A DNA stretch of 64,000 nucleotides, taken from assembly GCF_009914755.1 (NCBI RefSeq), contig NC_060945.1; one strand, given 5' to 3'. The notes under the pieces were generated by a model. The model was not told the origin of the DNA. It searched no databases and was given only the letters and a program-made list of their open reading frames with translations. Numbering within the stretch: the stretch's first letter is position 1; each line of letters starts with the position of its first letter. Both the position numbers and the translations under genes were made by a program. Below are positions 27,262 through 40,179 of the stretch, in pieces. Source of the stretch: the human T2T-CHM13v2.0 reference genome, Homo sapiens.

Positions 27262-30200
27262 TGGATGAGGTTGGAGGCTGGTCCACCTGCTCCAGGTGGA
27301 TCCTTGCAGAGATGGCCGGTTGCTCTTTGAGCCAGCTTGGCCTTGCCTGGCATGCACAAGCCTCAGTGCAACAACTGTGTTACAAATGGAGCCACACAGA
27401 AAATGACCAGCAGGCTCAGTAGCAGGGTGTACATTGCCTTTGGGGCTCCAGTCCATGCCTCAGGGCTCATATGGCACTTTGGGCTTCTTGGTTGCCAAGA
27501 GGCAGATCACAGGCCATCTTGTGGAGGACTTTATGTTCAAGTGCAGAAAGCAGCCAGGATTACAACCTAGGGGACTCAGGCTTCTGTGACCCTGGCCAGA
27601 CTTAGAATTTGGTCCCAGGCATGACACGCTCACTCAGAGCAGCGTGTCAGTACCTGGGGCCTGTGCATGCCAGGCAAAGCCAAGCTGGCTAAAAGAGCAA
27701 CCAGACACCTCTGCAAGGGTGTGCCTAGAGCAGTTGGACCAGCCACCAATCTCACCCCCTCAACGAAGCCAGGATGGCCAGGTTCCCACAGCCTGAGTGG
27801 CTGCCACCTGATGGCTGATGGAGCAGAGGCCTGAGGAAAAGCAGATGGCACTGGGGCCCTACCTTTAGGGTAGAAGAACTGAGGTACCATGTCCGGCAGC
27901 GAGTGATGTTTGTGGCTGGTCCACCTGCTCCTGGCACACCCTTGCAGAGGTGGCTGGTTTCTCTTTGAGCCAGCTTGGCCTTGCCCAGCATGCACAAGTC
28001 TCAGTGCAACAACTGTTCTACAAATGGAACCACACAGAGGACATTAGAGGCAGGCTCAGGAGCAGGGTGTACACTGCCTTTGGTGCTCCAGTCCATGGCT
28101 CAGGGCTCGTATGGCACTGCGGACTTCTTGGTTGCCAAGAGGCAGACCACAGGCTGTCTTGAGGAGGACTTTATGTTCGAGTACAGAAAGCAGCAGGATT
28201 ACCACCCAGGGGACTTGGCGTTCTGTGGCCCTGACCAGACTTAGAATTTGGGCCAAGGCAGGACAAACTCACTCACAGCAGCATGTCAGTAGCTGGAGAC
28301 TATGCATGCCAGGCAAGGCCAAGCTGACTCAAATAGGAACCAGTCACCTCTGCAAGGGTGCACCTGGGACATGTGGAGCAGCCACCAACCTCAGCTACTC
28401 AAGGAAGTAGGGATGGCCAAGTTCCCACAGCCTGAGTGGCTGCCTCCTGATGGCTGATGGAGCAAAGGCCTGAGGAAAAGCAGATGGCACTGGGGCCCTA
28501 CCTCTAGGGTAGAAGAACTGATGTGCTCTGACCTGCAACAAGTGAGTTTGGTGGCTGCTCCACCGGCTCCTGGCACACGCTTGCAGAGGTGGCTGGTTGC
28601 TCTTTGAGCCAGCTTGGCCTTGCCTGGCATACACAAGCCTCATTGCAACATCTGTGCTAGGTATGGAGTCACAGAGAGGAAATGAGCAGCAGGCTCAGGA
28701 GCAGGGTGTGCGCTGCCTTTGGGGCTCCAGTCCATGCCTCAGGGCTCGTGTGGCACTGTGGGCTTCTTCGTTGCCAAGATGCAGACCACAGGCCATCTTG
28801 AGGAGGACTTTATGTTCAAATGCAGAAAACAGCCAGTATCACCACCCAGGGGCTCTGCCTTCTGTGGCCCTGGCCAGATTTAGAATTTGGCCCCAGGCAG
28901 GGCAACCTCACTCGGAGCAGTGTGTCAGTAGCTGGGGCCTGTGCATGCCAGGCAAGGCCAAGGTGGCTCGAAGAGCAACCAGCCACCTCTGCAAGGGTGC
29001 ACCTGGAGCAGGTGGAGCAGCCACCAACCTCACCCACTCAAGGAAGTAGGGATGGCCAGGTTCCCACAGCCTGCATGTCTGCGTCCTGATGGCTGATGGA
29101 GCAGAGGCCTGAGGAAAAGCAGATGGCACTGGGGCTCTACCTCTAGGGTAGAAGAACTGATGTACCCTGACTGGCTGCGAGTGAGGTTGGTGGCTGGTCC
29201 ACCTGCTCCTGGCACACCCTTGCAGAGGTGGCTGGTTGCTCTTTGAGCCAGCTTGGCCTTACCCAGCATGCACAAGCCTCAGTACATCAACTGTGCTACA
29301 AATGGAGCCACACAGAGAAAACAGAGCAGCAGGCTCAGGAGCAGGGTGTGTGCTGCGTTTGGGGCTCCAGTCAATGCCTTGGGGCTAGTATGGCTCTGTG
29401 GGCTTCTTGGTTGCAAAGAGGCAGACCACACGCCATCTTGAGGAGGACTTTATGTTCAAGTGCAGAAAGCAGCCAGGATTACCACCCAGGGGACTCTGCC
29501 TTCTGTGGCCCTGACTGGACTTAGAATTTGGCCTAATACAGGACAAGCTCACTCAGAGCAGCATCTCAGTAGCTGGAGCCTGTGCATGCCAGTCAAGGCC
29601 AAGCTGTCTCAAAGAGCAACCAGCCACCTCCGCAAGGGTGTGCCTGGAGAAGATGTAGCAGCCATCAAACTGACCCACACAAGGAAGCACGGATGGCCAG
29701 GTTCCAACAGTCTGACTGGCTGCCACCTGGAGACTGATGGAGCAGAGGCCTGAGGAAAAGCAGATGGCACTGGGGCCCAACCTCTATGGGAGAAGAACTG
29801 ATGTGCCCCAACCGGCAGCGAGTGAGTTTAGTGTCTGCTCCACCGGCTCCTGGCACACCCTTGCGGAGGTGGCTGGGTACTCTTTGAGCCAGCTTGGCTT
29901 CGCTCGGTATGCACAAGCCTCAGTGCAACAACTGTGCTACAAATGGAGCCACAGAGAGGAAATGAGCAGCAGGATCAGGAGCATGGTGTGCACTGCCTTT
30001 GAGGCTCCAGTCCATGTCTCAGGGCTCATATGGCACTGCGGGCTTCTTCATTGCCAAGGGGCAGACCACAGGTCGTCTTGAAGAGGACTTTGTGTTCAAA
30101 TGCAGAAAGCAGCCAGCATTACCACCCAGGGGACTCTGCCTTCTGTGGACCTGACCAGACTTAGAATTTGGGCCAAGGCAGGACAAGCTCACTCAGAGGA

Positions 30201-31052
30201 GCGTGTCAGTAGCTGGGGCCTCTGCATGCCAGGCAAGGCCAAGCCGGCTCAAAGAGCAACCAGCCACCTTTGCAGGGGTGCACCGGGAGCAGGTGGAGCA
30301 GCCACCAACCTCGGCTACTCAAGGAAGCAAGGATAGGCAGGTTCCCACAGCCTGTGTGGCTGCCTCCTGATGGCTGATGGAGCAGAGGCCTCAGGAAGAG
30401 CAGATGGCACTGGGGCCCTACCTCTAGGGTAGAAGAACTGATGTGCCGTGTCTGGCAGGCAGCGAGTGAGGTTGGTGGCTGGTCTACCTGCTCCTGTCAC
30501 ACCCTTGCAGAAGTGGCTGGTTGCTCTTTGAGCCAGCTTGTCCTTGCCCAGCATGCACAAGCCTCAGTACAACAGCTGTGCAAATGGAGCCACACACAGG
30601 GAATTAGCAGCAGGCTCAGGAGCAGGGTGTTCACTGCCTTTGGGGCTCTAGTCCATGCCTCTGAGCTTATATGGCACTGCAGGCTTCTTGGTTGCCAAGA
30701 GGCAGACCACAGGCCGTCTTGAGGAGGACTTTATGTTCAAGTGCAGAAAAAAGTCAGGATTACCACCCAGGGGACTCGCCTTTCTGTGGCCCTGGCCAGA
30801 CTTAGAATTTGGCCCCAGGCAGGACAAGCTTACTCAGAGCAGCGTGTCAGTAGCTGGGGCCTGTGCATGCCAGGCAAGGCCAAGCTGGCTCAAAGAGCAA
30901 GCAGCCACCTCTGCAAGCATGCTCCTCATGCAGTTGGACCAGCCTTTAACTTCACCCACTCAGAGAAGCATGGATGGCCAGGTTCCAACAGCCTGAATGG
31001 CTGCCACCTGATGGCTGATGGAGCAGAGTCCTGAGGAAAAGCAGATGGCACT
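27262..31052. repeat. Tandem array of six ~640-bp units, each containing a ~105-bp inverted repeat
   Basis: Anchor gagccagctt at 27329, 27967, 28606, 29245, 29886, 30530 (periods 638, 639, 639, 641, 644). Confidence 0.95.
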
Positions 31053-31494
31053 GCTTTGTAATGCCCTTCTTTGTCTCTTTTGATCTTTTCCATTTAAAGT
31101 TTGTTTTATCAGAGACTAGGATTGCAACCCCCTTTTTTTTTTTTCCTTTTCATTTTCTTGGTAAATATTCCTCCATCCCTTTATTTTGAGCCTGTGTGTG
31201 TCTTTGCATGTGAGATGGGTCTCCTGAATACAGTACACCAATGGGTCTTGAGTCTTTTTCCAACTTGCCAGTCTGTGTCTTTTTACTGGGGCATTTAGCC
31301 CAGTTACGTTTAAGGTTAATATTGTTACATGTGAAATTTATCCTGTCATGATGTTGTTAGGTGTTTATTTTTCCCATTAGTTAATGCAGTTTCTTTATAG
31401 TGTCGATGGTCATTACAATTTGGTATGTTTTTGCAGTGGCTCATACTGTTTGTCCCTTTCCATGTTTAGTGCTTCCTTCAGGAGCTCTTGTAAG
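31053..31494 (-). mobile_element. L1 ORF1/ORF2 junction fragment
   Basis: Reverse of ELLKEALNMER and the start of the ORF2 endonuclease. Confidence 0.8.
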
Positions 31495-31672
31495 AATGTG
31501 GATTTATTTCTTGTAAGGCAAATATGTGGATTTATATCTGGGTGCTGTATTCTATGGCCTCTACCCCAAGAGTCATTACTTTTAAAAATGCAATTCAAAT
31601 TAGCATAAAACATTTACAGCCTAGGGAAAGGCTTATGGCATTAGAATCCTTATTTATAGGATTATTTTGTGT

Positions 31673-31964
31673 TTTTTTGAGATATGGTCTCTGTCTGTCA
31701 TCCAGGCAGAAGTGGAGTGGCTTGGTCATAATTCACTGCAGCCCTGAACTCTGAGTCCAAGCCATCCTTGTGCCTTAGTCTCCCAACTAGCTGGATCTAC
31801 AAGCATAAGTCACCATGGCTGGCTAATTTAAAAAAAAAATTTTTTTTGTCGAGATTATGTTATCACTATGTTGCTCTGGCTGGTTTCAAATTCCTGGCCT
31901 CAAGTAATCTTTCTGCCACAGCCTCCTATAGTGCTGGGATTACAGGCATGAGCCACCATGCCTA
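31673..31964 (-). mobile_element. AluJ
   Basis: Diverged reverse Alu. Confidence 0.85.
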
Positions 31965-32408
31965 GCATAGAGTATTACATTATTTTCAAAGTCTTATTCT
32001 AAGAGCCATTTATTGACTTTGGCCTAAATAACTCAATATTATATCTCTGAAACTTTTTTTGACAAATTTTGGGGCATGATGATGAGAGAAAGGGGTTTGA
32101 AACTTTCTAATAAGAGTTAACGTAGAGCCATTTAAGGAGGAACAGACACAAATTATCAGAAAAATAAAAGAAAGATCAAGTGCAAAAGTTCTGTGGCAAA
32201 GATGATGATAGTAAAGAATATATGTGACTTATGGTGGCTTTTACTTTGTTCTTGAATTTCTGAGTAATTTAAGGGTTAACATTTAAAGAATCTACATTAT
32301 AGATAACATTTTATTGCAAGTAAATGTATTTCAAAATTTGTTATTGGTTTTGTATGAGATTATTCTCAGCCTACTTCATTTTCAAGCTATATTATTTTAT
32401 TAATGTAG

Positions 32409-32692
32409 TTTGATGATCTTACAGCAGAGCTGGAAGCTGTATCTTCAAAATATGTCTGTTTGACTCAAAACAATCAAGGTATTCAACAGGAGTTATTATG
32501 TATGAAAAAATACAACAGGAATGTAAAAAACTTGAGGCTAAAAAGATGTTGGAAGAAGTAATATTAAATCTTAAAAAACGTATGGAAAGTACACATTGGT
32601 GAAGACACATTGGTGAAGTACAAAAATATAAATTGGATCTAGAAGAAAAGGCAATGCAGGCAATGGAAAAATTAGTACAAATCCCTTTACAG
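32409..32692 (+). pseudogene. Relic ANKRD18/ANKRD20A/ANKRD26-family coiled-coil exon
   Basis: aatgtAG / GTtagt; FDDLTAELEAVSSKYVCLTQNNQGIQQELLCMKK (frameshift) ... KLDLEEKAMQAMEKLVQIPLQ; contains a 14-bp tandem duplication. Confidence 0.78.
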
Positions 32693-32964
32693 GTTAGTTT
32701 GTAAAATCAGGTAAGTTTATTTATAATGTGCTTTCATTTATTTCACTGCAAATTATATTTTGGAGATTATATATATATATATATCGTGTTTCCTCTGCCT
32801 CTCTTATAGTAATTTGCCTTGTGGAGTTCTAGCAAAGAGGTGGCTTCTGTTTTTACTTTTATATGTTTAAATTTCCATCATTATAACAAAATCGATTTTT
32901 CACAGTAATGATTCTCAGTGTGGAGTCATTTGATTATTAAGACCCATTGACATGAGATTACATC

Positions 32965-33425
32965 CTCTGCCTATAAAAATCCTGGAAGAAAACCTAGGAA
33001 ATATTCATCTGGACATTGCACTTGGCAATGAATTTATGGGTAAGTCCTCAAAAGCAATTGCCAGAAAAATGAAAATTGACAAATATGATTTAATTAAACT
33101 AAAGAGCTGCTTCTACACAGCATGAGAAACTCTCAAGGGATTGAGCAGACAGCCTACAGAATGGAAGAAAATATTCACACACTATGCATACAGCAAAGGC
33201 CTATTATCCAGAAGCCATAAGAGACTTATGCAAATCAACGAGCAAAAAATAAATAACCCCATTAAAAAATGGGCAAAGAACATAAACAGACAGTTTTCAG
33301 AAGAACACATATGTGGCCAACAAACATATTAACACATGCATACCATCACTAATCATCAGAGAAATGCAAAACAAAACAGCAGTGAAATACCATCTCACAC
33401 CAGTTAGAATGACTTCTGTTAAAAA
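32965..33425 (+). mobile_element. L1 ORF2 3' fragment
   Basis: SRQPTEWKKIF...NNPIKKWAK. Confidence 0.85.
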
Positions 33426-33576
33426 GGAAAAATAATAAAAATATTTAAATATTTAATATTAAAATATCATTTAGATTGAGATAAATTAATTTGTCATTAT
33501 TAATTCTCAAAACATGGATATTTAAGAATAACCTTACTTCACATGTAATAACAACTACCTTAAAAACTAAAAGCTG

Positions 33577-33911
33577 GGGCCTGGTATGGTGTCTCAAGTC
33601 TGTAATCCCAGCACTTTGGGAAGCTGAGGTGGGCCGATCATGAGGCCAGGAGTTTGAGACAAGCCTGGCCAACATGGTGAAACCCCGTCTCTACTAAAAA
33701 TACAAAAATTAGCTGGGCATGGTGGTGGGCACCTGTAATCCCAGCTACTCAGGAGGCTGAGGCAGGAGAATTCATTGGAACCCTGGGAGGCGGAGGTGGT
33801 TGCAGTGAGCTGAGATCACACCATTGCACTGCAGCCTGGGCAACAGGGCAAGACTCCATCTCAAAAAAATAAAATAAATAAAATTAAATGAATAAAAACA
33901 AATAAATAAAA
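33577..33911 (+). mobile_element. Alu (AluS) with (TAAA)-type tail
   Basis: Full Alu body. Confidence 0.92.
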
Positions 33912-33929
33912 GCTGGAAGTTCTATGAAA

Positions 33930-35230
33930 ACAATGCACATACCATTTTTAAAAAATGTTCATGGTTTCTCTAGAGATTTCAATACCTATTCTAGCTTATT
34001 ACAGTAACCTATAATTTGTACTATACCAACTATGGTATAAAAACCTTAAAATGTATATTTCTGTTTCCTCTCTCCTTTATACTATTTATGTCATGCATTA
34101 TAGTCTCAAATATTATGAATTCCATAATATAAAGTTACTTTTTTAAAAAAAAATTAGACAATCAATTATCTTTAGAGCAATGTAAAATAATTGGGTTATA
34201 TATCTTTATATCTTCTCTGGCATTATTTATTTCTTTGTGTAGTTTCAACTTTCACCTGCTTCCATATTCCTTTTGCCTCAAGAAATGATTTTGACATTTA
34301 TTTTAGTGCATACCTGTTAGCAAGGGACTCTTCCAGTGTTAATCTGCAAATGTCATTTAATTGTTATTTTTGCTGTATTACAGTTAATGGATATAAGATT
34401 GGGGGTTGACTTTTCTTCAGTTATTTAAGAATTTTGTATCATTGGTTTCTGACTTGTAGAGTTACTGACAAGCAGTTCATTATAATGTTTGTTTCTGTTT
34501 ATCTCTCTACACAGTGTTCCTATTTTTTCTGTGACTGAATTCAAGATTTATGGTAATCATTGGTTTTCAGCAGTTTGACTAGTGTGATTATTCTAGCGTT
34601 CTTTAAATTTTGTATTAATCTTTCTTGGATATTTTGAGGTTATTTGGTCTCCTTAGTCATCTTTTTCAAATTTTTCTTCTCTCACATTCTGTTTTTACTT
34701 TCCTTCTGTAATTCCAATTAATTATATTTTAGTTAATTTCATATTACCAGAAAATTCTTGGATTCACTGGAGTATTTTATTTGCTTGGTTTATTGGTTTA
34801 TTTGGTTTTTCTCTTTCCTCCCTTTGTGCTACCATTCAAATGATTTGTATTGACCTAGTATAAAATTTACTGCTTCTTTCTTTAACTCTGATGACCAGTC
34901 TGCTAATCAGCTTGCTGATGTAATTCATCTTTGTTCTCATGCTTTCACTTATTTCTAGATTTTGCCTTTTACTGTTCCCATCTTTGCTGAAATTCCTCAT
35001 TTTTCCATACATGTTGTATTTTTTAACTAGATCCTTTAACATTTTGATCATTATTATTTTAAATTACTTGCATTTAGTTCCAACATCTGAATTATCTCTG
35101 AATTTGATTCTGTTGACTTTTTATCCTTTGAAAATATTATAACTCATAACTCAAATTTCTAACTTGCTTTTATGTGTCTCCCAATTTCTAAAAAATGCAA
35201 ATCATCTGATGTAGAAAAACAGTAGATCAT
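33930..35230 (-). mobile_element. Highly diverged L1M fragment
   Basis: T-rich reverse L1 ORF1-like sequence. Confidence 0.45.
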
Positions 35231-37374
35231 GAGATAATTATGTCGAGATTGTTTTATATTTCTGTTTCATTTTTATGTCATGCTATTAGTGTGGGCAGGA
35301 ACAAAGGTTGCTTTTTGCTGCGGTGTCTGAAACATTCAGTGACCAATGTAACTCAGATTTCTCCAGCAGTAGGCTGCTATGTGATGTGCCTTGTGTGGGG
35401 CCTTAGACTCTGGAGAGCATATGCCAATGATCCTGTTCCACAGTTAGCTTTCGGTAGTCCTTACCACCTATGTTATAGAGAGGGTCTCTCTCCACTTTCT
35501 TGTTCCTCTCTAACTGTAGAACATCATTTTGTGTATATGTGTGTGTGTGTGTGTGTGTGACTAGGCAAAAAATTCAGGTTGGGGACAGAGGGATGATTCA
35601 TGTTATTTTTGAGCCAGTTTCATCATTGGACACTCACAGAAGGGGTATTTTTAACACTTCTTGACTCTTATTCTAGTGGGAGTCAAACTGTCACTTACCT
35701 GTGTTGTTTTTTGCAGAAGAAATAATACCTTACCCTCCTCCCACCTCAGTAGTAGAAAACCTCTGATTTATATCATTGCAAGTTTTCAACCCCACAATAA
35801 GGACAAACTCTTTTATTTCTCCTTCCATAGGAACAATATACCTTTGTCTGTGGTCACTGGATGGAGACTTTCCAAACCTTTACCACAGTAGCACGACTCT
35901 GCATTAGTGCAAAATCCTGGGCCCCAAAACAATCCTTGTTCCTCTCCTGATGGAGGAGTATTTTTCTTGCATCCCTCTCCCAGAAGCAGTGATCCTTTGC
36001 CTGGTATCAGGTGGGGTAGGGTAGGGTATGAGAGGTTTCTTAACCTTCTCTGAAAGCTGATGTGTTTTGCTTCTTCTTATCTCCCAGAAACAGTAGACTT
36101 TTGCATGGGTTCATGGACCCAGATGCTTTTTTGCCACAGCAAATTAAGGGTTTTGATTCTTAGGAGAGAAGCAAATGTTCATGTAGTCAATTTTTTTCTT
36201 ATTTATTTTTTGCTTTGTTTTCTTATTTCAGTAATGATGAGTTCAATATGATCATTATTTTCCACTTACACTGCTTGCAACTCTAATGTTTTGTTTTTGT
36301 TAGTCCCCCTTTGACAGTTCAGCACTAAATCAAATGCAGATAATCATCAGTTGTGTGAATAAAGTGTTTTTAATTGAGAACAAAATTGTTGATATAGACA
36401 CAAATTTGGATATTATCCTACTTAGCACAATATGTCGCTGGTTCAAAATGTAAAAACCTCTTTAGGCTGAAGAAAGAATGGTTCTTGGAACTATTGTCCC
36501 TTTTTGACAAATAAAATAAAACCCAATGCTTTTTATCTCATGGATAGATTATTAAAATAACTACATACCTGATCTTCATTTTATGTTCTCTCTCTTCAAG
36601 ATATTCCTTCAAAACTACTTTGACTGATTAGTCTCTTTTGAATTATGTTAGACTCTGTATTTTCTCCACAAGCTCATCAGGGTAAATCCTGCCTTTACAT
36701 TTTTTATAAAAATTCTCTTTTTTTTTCAAATCTTAGTTGAGCTGAAAGATTTCCACCAAATGTCTCCTATGCCAGAAAGCCTTATTTTACTTATCTCCCC
36801 TGTCCTCCTTGCTCAAGCTCATTTAGGAATATTTTAATTAAAACATTCATGCAATACTGTTTTTTAAAAAATCTGAACATATAGTATTTTCAATCTGAAT
36901 ACAAAATAGTGCTCTAATTTGAAAACAAGTTTTAGAAGCAAATGTTTCTAGAAGGAGAATCAACAGTGTCATAAATATCATAATCCAATTTTCCTGTTTG
37001 TACTAAAACATTAGCAAATATTTATTGAGAAATTGCCATCTGCCTGAAAGTATAATGCTTTTGATGCACATTATATCATAAAAACTAGGTACTATTATTA
37101 GTAGTATCTTAAGAGTAAAAATATTGAGTCTTAGAGAAGTTAAGCAATGTGCGCAAATAGCATAGGGAAAGTTGGAATTCTGAAATTCTGACTATGCTGT
37201 GCGTAGGTTAGGAGAATCAAGGCTTGTCAAATGTAACTGTTAAGTCATTGTGGGGATACGGAGGCCTCTGATTGCTAGGGTCAATACACTTAAGCAGATC
37301 ATGTCACTACTTAGTTAAATCTATTTCATTAAAGCAAAATTCCGTAAAGATTATTGGCACCAAAACTATTAATT

Positions 37375-37803
37375 TTCCTTCCTTCCTTTCTCTCTTTCTT
37401 TCCTTCCTTCCTTCCTTCCTTCCTTCCTTCCTTCCTTCCTTCCTTCCTTCCATCCTTCCTTCCTTCCTTCCTTCCTTGTCTTTCTGTCTTTCTTTGAGAC
37501 AGGGTCTCATTCTGTTGCCCAAGCTGGAGTGCAGTGGCACAATCATGGCTCACTGCAGCCCCAGCTTCCCCAGACTCCGGTGATCCTCCCACCTCATCCT
37601 CCTGAATAGCTGGGACTACAGGCAGGCAAGCCACTATGCCTGGCTAAATTTTCTTTTTCTTTTTCTTTTTTTTTTTTTTTTTTTTGTAAAGATTGGGTTT
37701 CACCATGTTGCCGAGCCTGGTCTGCAACTACTCAGCTCAAGCAATCCACCTGCCTTTGCCTCCCAAAGTATTGGGACTCCAGGTGTAAGCCACATGCCTG
37801 GCC
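37375..37803 (-). mobile_element. AluJ with (TTCC)n tail-derived microsatellite (37375-37491)
   Basis: TTCC array abutting the reverse Alu. Confidence 0.88.
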
Positions 37804-39254
37804 AAAAATATTATTTAACAAGTTCAATTTAACTATTAGATTTTGGACAATGAGGGATAGAATTTTCTACATCATAAATCATCTTGTGTTCTTTATTTAA
37901 AGTAATATGTAAGGATTTCAATTTGATTCAAATATATTTATTAGCAAATTAAATGTCTTTTTCAGGATTCCAAACTTTTGTTGAAGACATAAATGTTAAA
38001 TGATGTCACTAATTTTAATTAGATTAGCAGAAAGGTACTCTGGTGTTTAATAACAATGACAGAATGGGCTATTAATTTTATTTTCTTTCCCTTTCTCCCT
38101 TTCCCCTTTTTAAAATATTTTACTTTTTAGGCTCTTTGGAATCCTGTAGATAGAGTTTTGGAGAATTAGACAAAACACTCACAGAAACTGCCAACCCTTG
38201 GATGAAATATATTGTTACTGTGCTTTGGGATTAAAATAACTACAGTTTATAGAACTTTTGTACTGATACACAGACACTAAAAAGGGAAAGGGTTTGGATG
38301 AGAAGCTCTGCTATGCAACCAGGAATCTCAGCCACTCATTTCTGTCGGAGCTGCAGGAGCTCCCTGTAAAGAGAGGTTATGGAGTCTGTAGCTTCAGGAA
38401 AGATACTTAAAACCCTTCAGAGTTTCTCCATTTTTCCCAGAGTTTCCCCAAAAAGGTTATGACATTTTATAAGAATGCTTCACTTGTGATAAACTAATAT
38501 CAAAGTCTTCTTGTAATTTATATTTAAGGATAAATCTTTATCCCATGTTTAATTTATTTAGCTTACCCTGTAGCTAATATTTCATGCTGAACACATTTTA
38601 AATGCTGTAAATATAGATAATATAATTTATGGATCATTAATGCCTCTCTAGTAGTTTAGAGAAAATGTCAAAAGAAATGGCCCCAGAATAAGCTTCTTGA
38701 TTTGTAAAATTCTATGTCATTGACTCAAGTTTGTATGGCATCTCAAAATATAAATATAGACATCTCAGAAAATATATTTGAAATAGCAAATTCCTGTTAG
38801 AAAAGAATAGTACTTAACTAGATAAGAATAACAAGTCACCATTATTTGAATTGTCTCCTATTAATTTTTGTTGTGTTGTGTTACTCATGTTTTACTTATG
38901 GGGGATATACATAACTTCTGCTGTTTTCAGAATTATTGTATGCAGTCAGTATGAGAATGCAATTTAAGTTTCCTTGATGCTTTCTCACACCTCTATTACT
39001 AGAAATAAGAATACAGTAATATTGGCAAAGAAAATTGACCAGTTCAATAAAATTTTTTAGTAAATCTGATTGAAAATAAACATTGCTTATGGCTTTCTTA
39101 CATCAATATTGTTATGTCTTAGACTACCTTATGTGAAATTAAGGCTTTGAAATTCTAATTATGTGCAAATGTGTAAAATAGCATCACCTAACGCTATATA
39201 ATATACTCTATTTCTATACTGTGATGGCAGGTTTATAATTCTGGAAAGATATAC

Positions 39255-39750
39255 ACAACATGAAATTTACCTTTTTAATCACTTTAAGTGCACAGTTTTG
39301 TGGCATTAAGTATATTTGCACTATTGTGCAACAGTCACCACCATAGACCTCCAAAACTTGTCTTCTTCTCCAACTAAAATGCTTTACTCATTGAACACCA
39401 ACTTCCCATTCCTCTCCCTCTCCTTCCCCCTAGCAATCACCATTCTACTTTCTGTCTCTACAACTTTCACTAAGTAACTCATAGAAGTGGCATGATAGAA
39501 TGTTTGAATTTTTCTGACTGGCTTATTTCACTTAGCATGTCTTCAAGTTTCATCTATTTTGTAGCATGTGTGAGAATATATTTTAAGGCTGAATATTATT
39601 ATGTTGCCGTATATACCACATTTTGTTTAACCACTCATCCATCAATATTCACAAGGGCTGCTCCCTCCCTTTGATTATTGTGAATAATATTGCTAATGGA
39701 CACGCTGCACAAACATCTGTTTGGTCCCTCTGCTCATTTATTTTGGATAT
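39255..39750 (-). mobile_element. L1MB-type 3' end
   Basis: ttaagtgcacagttttgtggcattaagtatattt ... gcttatttcacttagcatg. Confidence 0.7.
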
Positions 39751-40179
39751 GGATTTGCATTTTAATACAAAGGAGAAATTACACAGCTTTTTAAAAGTGT
39801 CCAGATAAAAAGGAGCACAACATCAGTAAAATATTAGAACGTAGATTAGGGGGAAAAACAGGGAAGGAATTGAACCAAAAGTCAATAAGCTGCATAAGAG
39901 AGTTTCAAGAGGAGGAAAAAATTGACAATATTAACATAGAATTAAAGAGCGATAGGTAGATATTTAGAAAATTGTCTCATGTACTTATATGTCGCCTGTG
40001 AACTGATATTTACATTATTTTATTATTCCAGGTTTCCAAAAGTAAGTGCAATATGAGAGTTTCATGATGCTAAATAAACTGAAACATGCTATATATTTTG
40101 ATATATTGTCCTTGAGAGGAGGCTGAGTGGTAATTAGTGCAATTTTAAATTATGATATGATAATGCAGTCAATCTGCCA

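Noticed and set aside
27157-31034. Family of repeated 70-150-aa ORFs (MPGKAKLAQRATSHLCKG) on both strands
   Set aside because: They arise from the palindromic arms of the tandem array; stops and frames are not conserved between units
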